Origin: Minisyncoccota bacterium
Lineage (GTDB): Bacteria > Patescibacteriota > Microgenomatia > UBA1400 > PJMF01
Direction of reading: 5' to 3'
NCBI GenBank assembly: GCA_009991965.1
Contig: JAACWQ010000007.1
Coordinates: forward strand, 1-60,075
DNA: 60,075 nucleotides
The position numbers and the translations under genes are program-made. Of the stretch, positions 1 to 8,407 are shown piece after piece. The notes below the pieces were generated by a model. That model was not told the origin of the DNA. It saw only the letters and a list, made by a program, of their open reading frames with translations, and did no database searches. How positions within the stretch are numbered: the stretch's first letter is position 1; each line of letters opens with the position of its first letter.

Positions 1-2520
1 AACACCACTATAGTTGGCAGCGCAGATTTTGTCGGTGGCACCAGTACTGGCACCCTCACCTTCTCTGGGGTCACAACTGACATAACTACGGGCACCAACC
101 AACACCTCGCGCTCATGCCAAATGGCACTGGCAACGTCGGCATCGGGACGACGGGGCCCTTTACCAACCTACAGATAGTTGGCAGAATGAATGTTGGAAC
201 GACCACCCAGTCTTCGTTTGCACATGCCAACTCTAAATTACAGATTCTTAGTGCTGGAGCCAGTGAAGCTTCGATTGGATTTTGGGAAAGTGGTCAAGCA
301 GCCGCTTTAATTGGTCACGCAGCATCAAGCTCAAATTTTTATATCACAAACACATATGCTGGTGACGCTATTGGAACCGCTGCAAAATCCATCACTCTCG
401 ATCAAAACGGCAACGTCGGCATTGGGACGACGGAGCCGAGTACAAAACTAGAAATTGTTGAGGGAAACGGAACAACTGTTTATCAAGAAGGCACTATTGA
501 TGTAACAAGAACCGTTAGTGGATATAGCGTTAACCCAGTGGGTATGAGGGCTACTGTCTCAGGCGCTGCGACTTATGAAGGCCATGGAGTATTCGGTGTT
601 GCAAGTGTTGAGGGAACCAACTATGGTGTTTATGGACTAGCTCAAGGAACCTCAACTAATTATGGAGTGTATTGTTTGGCACAATCGGGCACCACTAATC
701 GCTGTGGAGGAAATCAAGTGTGGACAAATACTTCTGACGCAAGAGTAAAACGCAACATCACAAAAATAACAAACGCTCTCGACAAAGTTACTAGCTTGCG
801 TGGAGTCAGTTTTTACCGCACCGATGACGGCTCAACAAACTTGCAAATTGGCTTTATAGCCCAAGAAGTCTTGCCCATTGTTCCAGAGGTAGTTCACTAC
901 GATCTAAGAGCCGATCTATACTCAATGGATTATGCATCTTTAACAGCACTGCTCACCAACGCCATTCAAGAACAGCAAGTCCTGATCGCCACCCTCGCCA
1001 CCAACGGCGAGCTCTCCTTCTCTTCCACCGGAGAAGTCCTCATCGCGGGGCAACTAGATAATTATCAAGTCACTGCTGGCATCGACGATTCGCTCGTTAC
1101 CAAAATCGCAGTTCTCGCAGAATCCGCGATTGGCAAACTCCGCGCTGGCCTTATCACCACCCAAGACCTCGTTGTCACCAAATCTGCCATTATTGCCGAT
1201 CTCTCGGTCACTACTCTAAGAATAGGTGAACAATCCATCCAAACCTATGTTGAGCAAATCGTAGCCACTGCTCTACAAAACAATTCACAAACACTCCCCG
1301 CCCAAACACTCGTCAGTCCTGTGGCCAATCTCGATTCGATTACTACCCAAACTGCAACTGTTTCTGGTAGCACCACTACGCAATCGCTCACTGTCTCGGG
1401 CGAAACCAAACTTGGTGCCTTGGTCGCCCAAGAAATTACCACCCCTACCCTCGTGGCCAGCCAGATCGAAGCCACCTCAGCGCGGATTGCCGCACTCGAG
1501 GTCGGTATGGCGCAACTCGAGTCGGTCCGCGCCCAGACTGCCGAGATCGTTGATGCCACTATCTCTGGTACGCTCTACGCCAACAACATTTACGGCTTTG
1601 AGGAAAAACTAGCTACCAGTCTGAGAGAACCGACTCTCCTCGAGACACTCCTTGGCCAACAAACAGCTGCCCCAGGCAGTGCTGACGCGATTGCAGCGGC
1701 AGAACTCGCTGGCTTCCAAGCCACCCCATCGGCTGCGCTCCAAGCGACACTAGCAGAGCTGCAACTCAGCGAGGGTGATGTTGTCCTCTCGAGCGCTGCG
1801 CTGTTTGTCGACCAATACTTCTCTGTCAACGGCACCGGCTACATTGCAGACTCCCTCGGCATTGGCAACAAACTCTATGTTGGTGACGGCCTCGAGTTCT
1901 CTGATGGCATGATTGCGTATAACCCAACCGGAGTTGAGCACCCTACTCTCTACATCCAGCCATCTGGTATGGGTTCCATCTCGCTGCTTGCTGGTCTGAT
2001 GACGTTGTCCGATGATGGGACAGTCGCGATCAACGGAGACTTAAACGTCGCCGGCACCCTCAAGACCGATACTCTACTCTCCAACTTGTTGCAACCAGCC
2101 GACTTTGGCAATCCATTCCAAGTGCAAGTGGCTGGTATCTCGACAGAATCTGGCCAGGTCAAGCAGTCGCGCTTTGAGATTATCAATGAGCTTGGTACGC
2201 CAGTGGCGACCATCTCCGCCCAAGGCAAGGCAGATTTTGCTGGCGGCATTGGGGTTGGCAGCGATACCCAAGTAGCAACTGGTAGCAGCGAAATAAATAC
2301 CGACAAAACTTCTGGTAAGGCCACGATCGCAGCTGGCACCAGCGAGCTTGTCATCCACTCTACCGTCCTGAGCGAGGACAGCCTGATCTACGTCACTCCG
2401 GGTGGCAGTACGGGAAATAAAGTTCTCTACGTCAAGAGCCAGCAAGCAGATCAATTTGTGGTTGGATTTGACAGCGCGACAACAAGCAACGTGTCATTCA
2501 ATTGGTGGGTGGTAAATTAA
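1..2520 (+). CDS. 5'-truncated large tail-fibre/adhesin-like protein with GNVGIGTT repeats, an intramolecular chaperone auto-processing (peptidase S74) domain and a long C-terminal region
   Basis: Frame 1 is open from base 1 through the annotated ATG at 115, so the true start lies outside the window. Two GNVGIGTT motifs; S74 signature TSDARVKRNI...LRGVSF...IGFIAQEV..VPEVV...MDYASL followed by a coiled coil; C-terminus VSFNWWVVN. Confidence 0.85.
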   Translation, partial: NTTIVGSADFVGGTSTGTLTFSGVTTDITTGTNQHLALMPNGTGNVGIGTTGPFTNLQIVGRMNVGTTTQSSFAHANSKLQILSAGASEASIGFWESGQAAALIGHAASSSNFYITNTYAGDAIGTAAKSITLDQNGNVGIGTTEPSTKLEIVEGNGTTVYQEGTIDVTRTVSGYSVNPVGMRATVSGAATYEGHGVFGVASVEGTNYGVYGLAQGTSTNYGVYCLAQSGTTNRCGGNQVWTNTSDARVKRNITKITNALDKVTSLRGVSFYRTDDGSTNLQIGFIAQEVLPIVPEVVHYDLRADLYSMDYASLTALLTNAIQEQQVLIATLATNGELSFSSTGEVLIAGQLDNYQVTAGIDDSLVTKIAVLAESAIGKLRAGLITTQDLVVTKSAIIADLSVTTLRIGEQSIQTYVEQIVATALQNNSQTLPAQTLVSPVANLDSITTQTATVSGSTTTQSLTVSGETKLGALVAQEITTPTLVASQIEATSARIAALEVGMAQLESVRAQTAEIVDATISGTLYANNIYGFEEKLATSLREPTLLETLLGQQTAAPGSADAIAAAELAGFQATPSAALQATLAELQLSEGDVVLSSAALFVDQYFSVNGTGYIADSLGIGNKLYVGDGLEFSDGMIAYNPTGVEHPTLYIQPSGMGSISLLAGLMTLSDDGTVAINGDLNVAGTLKTDTLLSNLLQPADFGNPFQVQVAGISTESGQVKQSRFEIINELGTPVATISAQGKADFAGGIGVGSDTQVATGSSEINTDKTSGKATIAAGTSELVIHSTVLSEDSLIYVTPGGSTGNKVLYVKSQQADQFVVGFDSATTSNVSFNWWVVN
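130..437 (+). repeat. 29-bp direct repeat GGCAACGTCGGCATYGGGACGACGGRGCC at 130-158 and 409-437
   Basis: 27 of 29 bases identical, including synonymous positions; encodes GNVGIGTT(G/E)P. Confidence 0.9.
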
Positions 2521-2528
2521 ATACCACA

Positions 2529-2557
2529 TTGACATTGTATATACAATGCAATATTAT
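2529..2557 (+). promoter_or_regulatory. Sigma70 promoter with overlapping palindromic operator
   Basis: TTGACA (2529-2534), 17-bp spacer, TATTAT (2552-2557). Perfect palindrome CATTGTATATACAATG at 2533-2548. GTG start 6 nt after the -10 box. Confidence 0.75.
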
Positions 2558-2563
2558 TAGTTC

Positions 2564-2839
2564 GTGAAGCAAATCGATTGGAGCGAGGAGAAAAAAATAC
2601 TACAAGACTTTGATAGCGGATTATTACAATCTGTTCCCAATCTTAAATCAGAAAGCAAACGCTACGCCAGTTATGCAAAGGCAACACTCGCCAAAAAGAA
2701 AACTATTTCTTTCAGAATTTCAGAGCCGGTACTCAACGAGCTTAAGTCGCGTGCCGAAGAAGCGGGATTGCCCTATCAAACGTTACTCTCAACCCTCATT
2801 CATCAGTTTACCAGCAGAAAAATTGCTCTTAAATTGTAA
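2564..2839 (+). CDS. BrnA/CopG-like ribbon-helix-helix antitoxin (no adjacent toxin)
   Basis: KKKTISFRISEPVLNELKSRAEEAGLPYQTLL is typical of BrnA/CopG-family antitoxins. Confidence 0.75.
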   Translation: MKQIDWSEEKKILQDFDSGLLQSVPNLKSESKRYASYAKATLAKKKTISFRISEPVLNELKSRAEEAGLPYQTLLSTLIHQFTSRKIALKL

Positions 2840-2847
2840 TGTTGTTC

Positions 2848-2880
2848 CCGAATTTTTAACTTGACACATTAAATATTCGG
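2848..2880. repeat. Inverted repeat (possible terminator or binding site)
   Basis: CCGAATTTTTAA, 9-nt loop, TTAAATATTCGG; 11 of 12 positions pair. Confidence 0.5.
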
Positions 2881-2931
2881 TATATGTACCAGAACAAATG
2901 TCGCTGTGCCGTTCAACTGGTGGGTGGTGAA

Positions 2932-2960
2932 TTGACAGAGAGCAATTCTTGCAATATAAT
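2932..2960 (+). promoter_or_regulatory. Consensus sigma70 promoter of the first AAA ATPase (leaderless)
   Basis: TTGACA-17 bp-TATAAT, with ATG 7 nt downstream. The -35 box overlaps the TGA of the duplicated gene end. Confidence 0.8.
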
Positions 2961-2967
2961 TCACAGT

Positions 2968-4221
2968 ATGAATAAAAGTTATTCACAAGATGAATTATAT
3001 TACTCTCGCTGGCTCACAGAACATCTCAAAGACGCGCTGGAAACCCATGCGGTCATTGTCCTCACCGGCGCGCGGCAAGTAGGCAAAAGCACTCTTTTGC
3101 GCAACGAGGAACCGTTCCGTTCCTGGCGTTACCACACCTTCGACGATCTCGAAACTTTGGAGCAAGCGCGAACCAACCCAACCAGCCTCTGGGCCGGAAC
3201 AGAAAACATCGTACTCGATGAGGTGCAGCGAGCACCAGAAGTACTCTTGGCTGTCAAACAAGCTATAGACACTCATCCGAAGAAGTACCGCTTTGTGCTT
3301 TCCGGTTCAGCAAACTTACTGCTCATGCAGCAGGTCAGCGAGAGCCTGGCGGGGCGCGCCGTCTACTTTGTCTTGCACCCGCTCACCTTGGGTGAACAGC
3401 ATCGACAGCCTCCCCCCCCTTTGCTGACAGACCTTCTGAGCGCCCAGTGGCCCAGTGAGTCGCTGGTTGCTACACAGCCCCCAGAGCCAGGTAGCTTTCT
3501 CCTGCGCGGAGCAATGCCCGGGTTGGTGGCTCTCACGGCACCGGCAGCCTGGTTGCGCTGGTGGGAAGGCTATATCCTCACGTATCTTGAGCGAGACCTC
3601 AGACAGATTGCCCAAATCGATGCCCTGCTTGACTATCGCCGATTGATGGAACTCTTGGCCTTACATACTGGCCAGTTACTCAATCAATCTGAGATAGGCC
3701 GCGATGCTGGCCTCACACAACCGACCGCCCATCGCTACATCAATCTACTGGAAACCACACACCTTCTGGAGCGCCTTGCTCCCTATACTGCGGGTCGTAT
3801 CCAGCGACTAGTGAAATCGTCCAAAGTATTCTGGACAGATCCTGCCTTGCCAGTCTTTTTGTCTGGTTATTTCGATGAAGAGAGTCTCAGAACTTCTCGT
3901 GAATTTGGATCATTTTTTGAAGCACTTGTGTACCAACATCTGCGGGTATTGTCCGAGTTGATGGTGCCCAAAGCCCGTCTCTACTTCTGGCGCACCCGCA
4001 CGGGGCAAGAGGTAGATTTTGTTGTAGAACAGGGAAAAAAACTTTTGGCTATCGAAGTCAAATTGACCAAAAATCCTCACTACCAAGATACCGCAGGACT
4101 GCGCTCCTTTCTGGAAACACATAAAAGCGCACAAGGTGGTGTTTTGCTCCACGCAGGCAAAGAGATCCGGTACTTGGACGAGCGCATTATCGCCATACCG
4201 TGGACGCTGATAACTGGCTAA
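2968..4221 (+). CDS. AAA_14 ATPase with DUF4143 / PD-(D/E)XK-like C-terminus
   Basis: Walker A GARQVGKST, Walker B LDEVQ, SGS, ESLAGR, C-terminal EVDF..AIEVK. Start moved to ATG 2968 on promoter evidence. Confidence 0.88.
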   Translation: MNKSYSQDELYYSRWLTEHLKDALETHAVIVLTGARQVGKSTLLRNEEPFRSWRYHTFDDLETLEQARTNPTSLWAGTENIVLDEVQRAPEVLLAVKQAIDTHPKKYRFVLSGSANLLLMQQVSESLAGRAVYFVLHPLTLGEQHRQPPPPLLTDLLSAQWPSESLVATQPPEPGSFLLRGAMPGLVALTAPAAWLRWWEGYILTYLERDLRQIAQIDALLDYRRLMELLALHTGQLLNQSEIGRDAGLTQPTAHRYINLLETTHLLERLAPYTAGRIQRLVKSSKVFWTDPALPVFLSGYFDEESLRTSREFGSFFEALVYQHLRVLSELMVPKARLYFWRTRTGQEVDFVVEQGKKLLAIEVKLTKNPHYQDTAGLRSFLETHKSAQGGVLLHAGKEIRYLDERIIAIPWTLITG

Positions 4222-4274
4222 ATACTACTAACATTGCTGTACCGTTCAACTAGTGGGTGGTAAATTAACTAATT

Positions 4275-4335
4275 TTGTCGCAATTTATATAAATTGAGAC
4301 ATTTCATTGTCGCAATTTTATAAAATGTGTTACAA
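4275..4335. promoter_or_regulatory. Tandem imperfect palindromes (putative operators) upstream of the second ATPase
   Basis: TGTCGCAATTTATATAAATTGAGACA (4276-4301; arms match 12 of 13) and a second TTGTCGCAATTTTATAAAATGTGTTACAA starting at 4307. Confidence 0.55.
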
Positions 4336-4357
4336 TATCACAAAGAAAGAAGGCAGT

Positions 4358-5488
4358 ATGATCGACCGAGTTCTTGAAAAGGACATTGAACAGTATCTCT
4401 TTCGCGGGCGCGTTATCACAATTTACGGCGCACGTAGAGTTGGCAAAACAACACTCGTCAAGAAAGTTCTGCAAAATCACCCGGACAAGCGCACCCGCTA
4501 CCTCAACTGTGACCTACAATCAGTGCAGACTGCACTCAGTATCAAAGAAGCCAAACCGCTCAAGTCTTACTTAGGTGAATATGATCTGGTTGTGCTAGAC
4601 GAAGCCCAAAATATCCCTGATGTGGGCAAAATACTAAAAATACTGGTGGACACGTACCCACAGATGCAAATTATCGCTACAGGCTCTTCCTCATTTGATC
4701 TAGCAAATAGTACTGGCGAGCCACTCACTGGGCGCGCCTATCCCCTGCGACTCTATCCTGTTTCTTTACAGGAGTTAGCAGGCAAAAGTGGTTACAGTAT
4801 CATCGAGCCACAACTGAATAACTTCCTACGCTTTGGTCTCTACCCAAGTATTATTGACCTCTCAGAACGAGACGCTCAGATCCAACTGCAGGAGTTGGTT
4901 TCAAGCTATCTTTATCGAGATGTGCTTGCATACATCGGCGTCAAACGCTCCAAAATGGTAAGCGACCTCTTACGACTCTTGGCGCTCCAAGTTGGTAATG
5001 AAGTATCCTACCCAGAACTGGGAACAATCTTAGGTCTAGATCGCAGAACAGTTCTCTCCTACATTGACATTCTAGAACAATCATTTGTTGTCTTTACCTT
5101 GAGTGGCTTCAGTCGTAACCTGAGAAAAGAAGTCAGTAAAACCCAAAAAATTTATTTCTATGACATGGGAGTTCGCAATGCTCTTTTGCAGGCTTTTGCG
5201 CCCCTCTCCCTGCGCAACGACGTGGGCGCACTCTGGGAAAACTTCTGTATTGTAGAGCGCCTCAAAAAAGCCAACAACACCGGACTTACCAATAATCGCT
5301 ACTTCTGGCGCACCTATGACAAGAAGGAAATCGACTACATCGAGGAGCGTGATGGGATTCTCTCTGGTTTCGAGTTCAAGTGGAATCCAAAGCGCAGCAT
5401 GAGGGTACCCAAGGAATTCCTGGATACCTACCCAGGCAGTACTGTCGAGCAAGTAGATAGAGGTAACTACTGGCGTCATCTACTCTAG
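4358..5488 (+). CDS. AAA_14 ATPase with DUF4143
   Basis: GARRVGKTT, LDEAQ, TGSSS, LTGR, KIYFYDMGVRN, EIDYIEE...FEFKW. Probable start ATG 4358. Confidence 0.88.
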   Translation: MIDRVLEKDIEQYLFRGRVITIYGARRVGKTTLVKKVLQNHPDKRTRYLNCDLQSVQTALSIKEAKPLKSYLGEYDLVVLDEAQNIPDVGKILKILVDTYPQMQIIATGSSSFDLANSTGEPLTGRAYPLRLYPVSLQELAGKSGYSIIEPQLNNFLRFGLYPSIIDLSERDAQIQLQELVSSYLYRDVLAYIGVKRSKMVSDLLRLLALQVGNEVSYPELGTILGLDRRTVLSYIDILEQSFVVFTLSGFSRNLRKEVSKTQKIYFYDMGVRNALLQAFAPLSLRNDVGALWENFCIVERLKKANNTGLTNNRYFWRTYDKKEIDYIEERDGILSGFEFKWNPKRSMRVPKEFLDTYPGSTVEQVDRGNYWRHLL

Positions 5489-5517
5489 TAGATAGACAAA
5501 AAACGGGCAACTTGACA

Positions 5518-6153
5518 CTATTTCACAATGCACACATTATTATGTGCAAATGGAATCATATAATAACGCTCAAGTGCCTCAACTCTTCTTTGGAGAGATT
5601 TTGAGAAAGCCTGGGCATAGCTTAGTAGTTTCTCTGTACTAATACCTACCAAAGACCACTCGCCTACTTCTGAGTATGCCAAGCCCCTATCTACAAGATA
5701 GAGCTGATCAATGATGGCCTTCTCTGGCTCTGCTAAGGCACCCAGTGGGGTTTGTGTGTAGCCAAAATAATACTTTTGGTCAAGTTGGCGAAATTGTACT
5801 TCTTGATCGCCGAGAAGTAGTTTCTTTGATCTCTTGGTCGTGGCAAAGGTGAGAGCGTATGGTTGCTGACTCAAAATACCGTGGCGGGCTAGTGCTGATT
5901 CGAAAGAGAGATATGACGGATAATACATTTGGTTGGCCACATGCTCGAGTTGAGCTGTTTGTGATTTAGTTTGAAATATTCCCCTAGAGAGACGTACTAG
6001 TGCGCCCCTCTTTACCAGGCGGTGGATAGAAACGGTCAGACTTTTTCTGGAACGATTAAAGATTTTTTCCAAATCTGCCATTGTAAAGTACGCCTGAGAA
6101 ACCTTCTCAAGTTCTTGAATAAATTGGTAATCGCTTATTCTTATGGTAGCCAT
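5518..6153 (-). CDS. AbiEi-like type IV TA antitoxin / transcriptional regulator
   Basis: N-terminal wHTH (RLVKRGALVRLSRGIF), PSYLSFESALARHGIL, AEPEKAIID. Confidence 0.8.
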   Translation of the reverse strand: MATIRISDYQFIQELEKVSQAYFTMADLEKIFNRSRKSLTVSIHRLVKRGALVRLSRGIFQTKSQTAQLEHVANQMYYPSYLSFESALARHGILSQQPYALTFATTKRSKKLLLGDQEVQFRQLDQKYYFGYTQTPLGALAEPEKAIIDQLYLVDRGLAYSEVGEWSLVGISTEKLLSYAQAFSKSLQRRVEALERYYMIPFAHNNVCIVK

Positions 6154-6692
6154 GATTCCAAGATTTTCCTTTCACTCTCTGGTAGGAATTTATGCATTTC
6201 TCTTTCTATACGCTCAAGTGTTGCAACCTGGGCTAGGACAGTGAGTGAGGTCACGCGACTGTTGAGTACGACCAATTCAAAATCGTCTCCCCTCTTCCAC
6301 TGCCCATCAATGCGACGAGTCGATGCCTCAAACTTGATTGAAAAGTTTTGCACCAAAAATGACTCTTTGACCTGAATCCTGACAAAATAAGTGTTTTGCT
6401 TTTGAATACATTCTGTAATGGTAATGGTATCGTATTCGTGCTCTATCGATCTCAGCACTCGGTCACACGACTCTTTGTCAAAATCACCAATCATGGAGAA
6501 ATCGAGATCCTCTGAAAAACGTGGGCAGCCATATGCCAACCGCAGTGCTGTGCCACCCTTGAACACAAATGAGCTGCCTATCTCGCTCTCAAACAACCTT
6601 TTCAAAACAATCATTTCATACTCCTCGCGCACGATTTGTTCTAAGGGGATACGAAGAGTTTTTTGCAGTTGGTCAGCTACTTGCTTGTTCAT
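6141..6692 (-). CDS. AbiEii-like nucleotidyltransferase toxin, apparently internally shortened
   Basis: FKGGTALRLAYG..RFSEDLDF motif. Only 183 aa and lacks the C-terminal EK...R...RD.(F/Y)D motif. Confidence 0.75.
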   Translation of the reverse strand: MNKQVADQLQKTLRIPLEQIVREEYEMIVLKRLFESEIGSSFVFKGGTALRLAYGCPRFSEDLDFSMIGDFDKESCDRVLRSIEHEYDTITITECIQKQNTYFVRIQVKESFLVQNFSIKFEASTRRIDGQWKRGDDFELVVLNSRVTSLTVLAQVATLERIEREMHKFLPESERKILESWLP

Positions 6693-6808
6693 AGTAAAAC
6701 CCTGTTTTTGTTAACTTCGATTGAACTATTATGACTCAAATCGTTTTTTTAGCAAGGGGCCCATTTTGGTTACTTTACAAAAAACACCATAAGTTGTATA
6801 GTATTACT

Positions 6809-7996
6809 ATGCAAAAAAGACACATTTGGAAAAAATTGCTGCCAGAGATATCTACCAAAGAAATCTTAGTTATTACCGGACCACGACAGGTCGGGAAAAC
6901 CACCACCCTGCTATGGTTACTAGAACAGATCAAGGATACAAATAAAATATATCTTGACTTAGAAAACCTAGCAGATAGAGAACTATTTGAGATTAAGGAC
7001 TACAACACAGTCATCTCAGAACTCGAAAGTCGAGGCCTCACGACTGACCGAAAAATGTATATTGCACTCGATGAAATACAACTCCTACCCAACCTCCCGA
7101 GCATAGTCAAGTATTTATATGATCACTACAACATAAAATTTTTTCTCTCCGGATCAAGCTCATATTATATAAAGAATAGATTTACAGAATCGATGGCTGG
7201 CAGAAAAATTGTGTACGAGATGTTTCCGCTTTCATTCCAAGAGTTTTTGGATTTCAAAGACGTTGAGTATAAAATTGATACAAATATTTTTGAGAAAAAC
7301 TCATTTTCAGAACCTGCCTATCAAAAACTGTACATCCATTACCAAGAGTTTGTGGAGTTTGGCGGACTACCCCAGGTAGTACTTACCTCTAGCGTAGGGA
7401 GAAAACAACAACTACTCGAAGAAATTTTTAGCTCGTATATCAATATAGATGTCAACTCTATGGCAGATTTTAAATCAACCAAGGACCTAAGAAACGTCAT
7501 CAAGCTTCTGGCTACTCGTATTGGCAATAAACTAAATATCTCAGAAATAGGCAATATTGCTGGACTAAGCAGAATCACTGTAGAAAATTATATTGAATTT
7601 TTAGAGCAAACATATCTCATTTCTACTGTGTCTGTTTTTTCAACTTCAGAAGATGTCAAAACGCGCTTGCAAAAAAAGCTCTATTTTGTAGACACGGGAA
7701 TTGCCAACATCAATGCGGACCTATCTAGTGGCAGTAAATTTGAAAATACTATCCGACACCAATTACAGTTCTTGGGAAAAATTCAGTACTTTTCCGATAG
7801 GAATGGGGAAATTGACTTTATTCTAGATGATGGTTCAAAAAAAATAGCACTTGAGGTTAAAGAGACTCCAACAAAAACTGACTACACAACACTAACAAAG
7901 CGGGCAGCAAAGCTCCGGATACCTACTATCAGTGTCATTGGGCGTCAGCCTTCAGCAAATTTTACAAATTTTTTGTGGGGTGGATCAATTAGATAG
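6809..7996 (+). CDS. AAA_14 ATPase with DUF4143
   Basis: GPRQVGKTT, LDEIQ, SGSSS, ESMAGRK, KLYFVDTG, EIDF..ALEVK. TTTACA-17-TATAGT lies 6 nt before ATG 6809. Confidence 0.88.
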   Translation: MQKRHIWKKLLPEISTKEILVITGPRQVGKTTTLLWLLEQIKDTNKIYLDLENLADRELFEIKDYNTVISELESRGLTTDRKMYIALDEIQLLPNLPSIVKYLYDHYNIKFFLSGSSSYYIKNRFTESMAGRKIVYEMFPLSFQEFLDFKDVEYKIDTNIFEKNSFSEPAYQKLYIHYQEFVEFGGLPQVVLTSSVGRKQQLLEEIFSSYINIDVNSMADFKSTKDLRNVIKLLATRIGNKLNISEIGNIAGLSRITVENYIEFLEQTYLISTVSVFSTSEDVKTRLQKKLYFVDTGIANINADLSSGSKFENTIRHQLQFLGKIQYFSDRNGEIDFILDDGSKKIALEVKETPTKTDYTTLTKRAAKLRIPTISVIGRQPSANFTNFLWGGSIR

Positions 7997-7999
7997 AAG

Positions 8000-8407
8000 T
8001 TACCGCCCGCAAACGTAGTACACATTTGCAACTACTCCATCGCACTTTGCTCGGGATTCTGTAATATCTGGGTCGTCAGTGTTGTTGAGCAAAACGTACA
8101 GATTGTAGGAATCCTCACTATTCTGAATATATACAGCGTCTGCGGGTGTATCAGTTGAGTATGTTCCATTTGTGAACTCATCATGTGAAGAAAGGTCAGC
8201 TGGATACGCCTGATGATCATTATAATACAGGCGCAACGCCGACTGAAAGTCCTTGAGATCCGCCTTCTTGCGCGCATCGGCAGCTCGGCCACGAATACCC
8301 ACTAAATTAGGTAATAAAATAGCAGTCAAAACTGCAATAATTGAGATCACAACGAGTAATTCAATGAGCGTAAAGGCCCTTAGATAACGAATATTTCTAG
8401 AATGCAT
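8000..8407 (-). CDS. Type IV pilin / PulG-like prepilin
   Basis: RAFTLIELLVVISIIAVL N-terminus; DARKKADL..ALRLYYND..YP. Confidence 0.85.
   Translation of the reverse strand: MHSRNIRYLRAFTLIELLVVISIIAVLTAILLPNLVGIRGRAADARKKADLKDFQSALRLYYNDHQAYPADLSSHDEFTNGTYSTDTPADAVYIQNSEDSYNLYVLLNNTDDPDITESRAKCDGVVANVYYVCGR

Larger units (their letters stand above)
2491..4268 (+). repeat. Three dispersed direct copies of the tail-fibre gene 3' end (2491-2520, 2906-2935, 4239-4268)
   Basis: GTGTCATTCAATTGGTGGGTGGTAAATTAA / GTGCCGTTCAACTGGTGGGTGGTGAATTGA / GTACCGTTCAACTAGTGGGTGGTAAATTAA; 25-26 of 30 identical pairwise. Confidence 0.9.

Noticed and set aside
1..2520. Diversity-generating retroelement acting on the tail-fibre 3' end
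   Set aside because: No reverse transcriptase is in the window, the copies are far shorter than typical TR/VR pairs, and mismatches include T/C changes rather than being adenine-specific. An element acting in trans cannot be fully excluded.
3412..3419. C8 homopolymer as a phase-variation tract
   Set aside because: Short, in frame, and explained by a PPPP peptide; no evidence of slippage.
2491..4268. The 30-bp repeats as a CRISPR array or classical attC sites
   Set aside because: The intervening segments are 0.4-1.3 kb and contain whole genes. The repeats are not palindromic, keep a protein reading frame, and no cas or intI gene is present.
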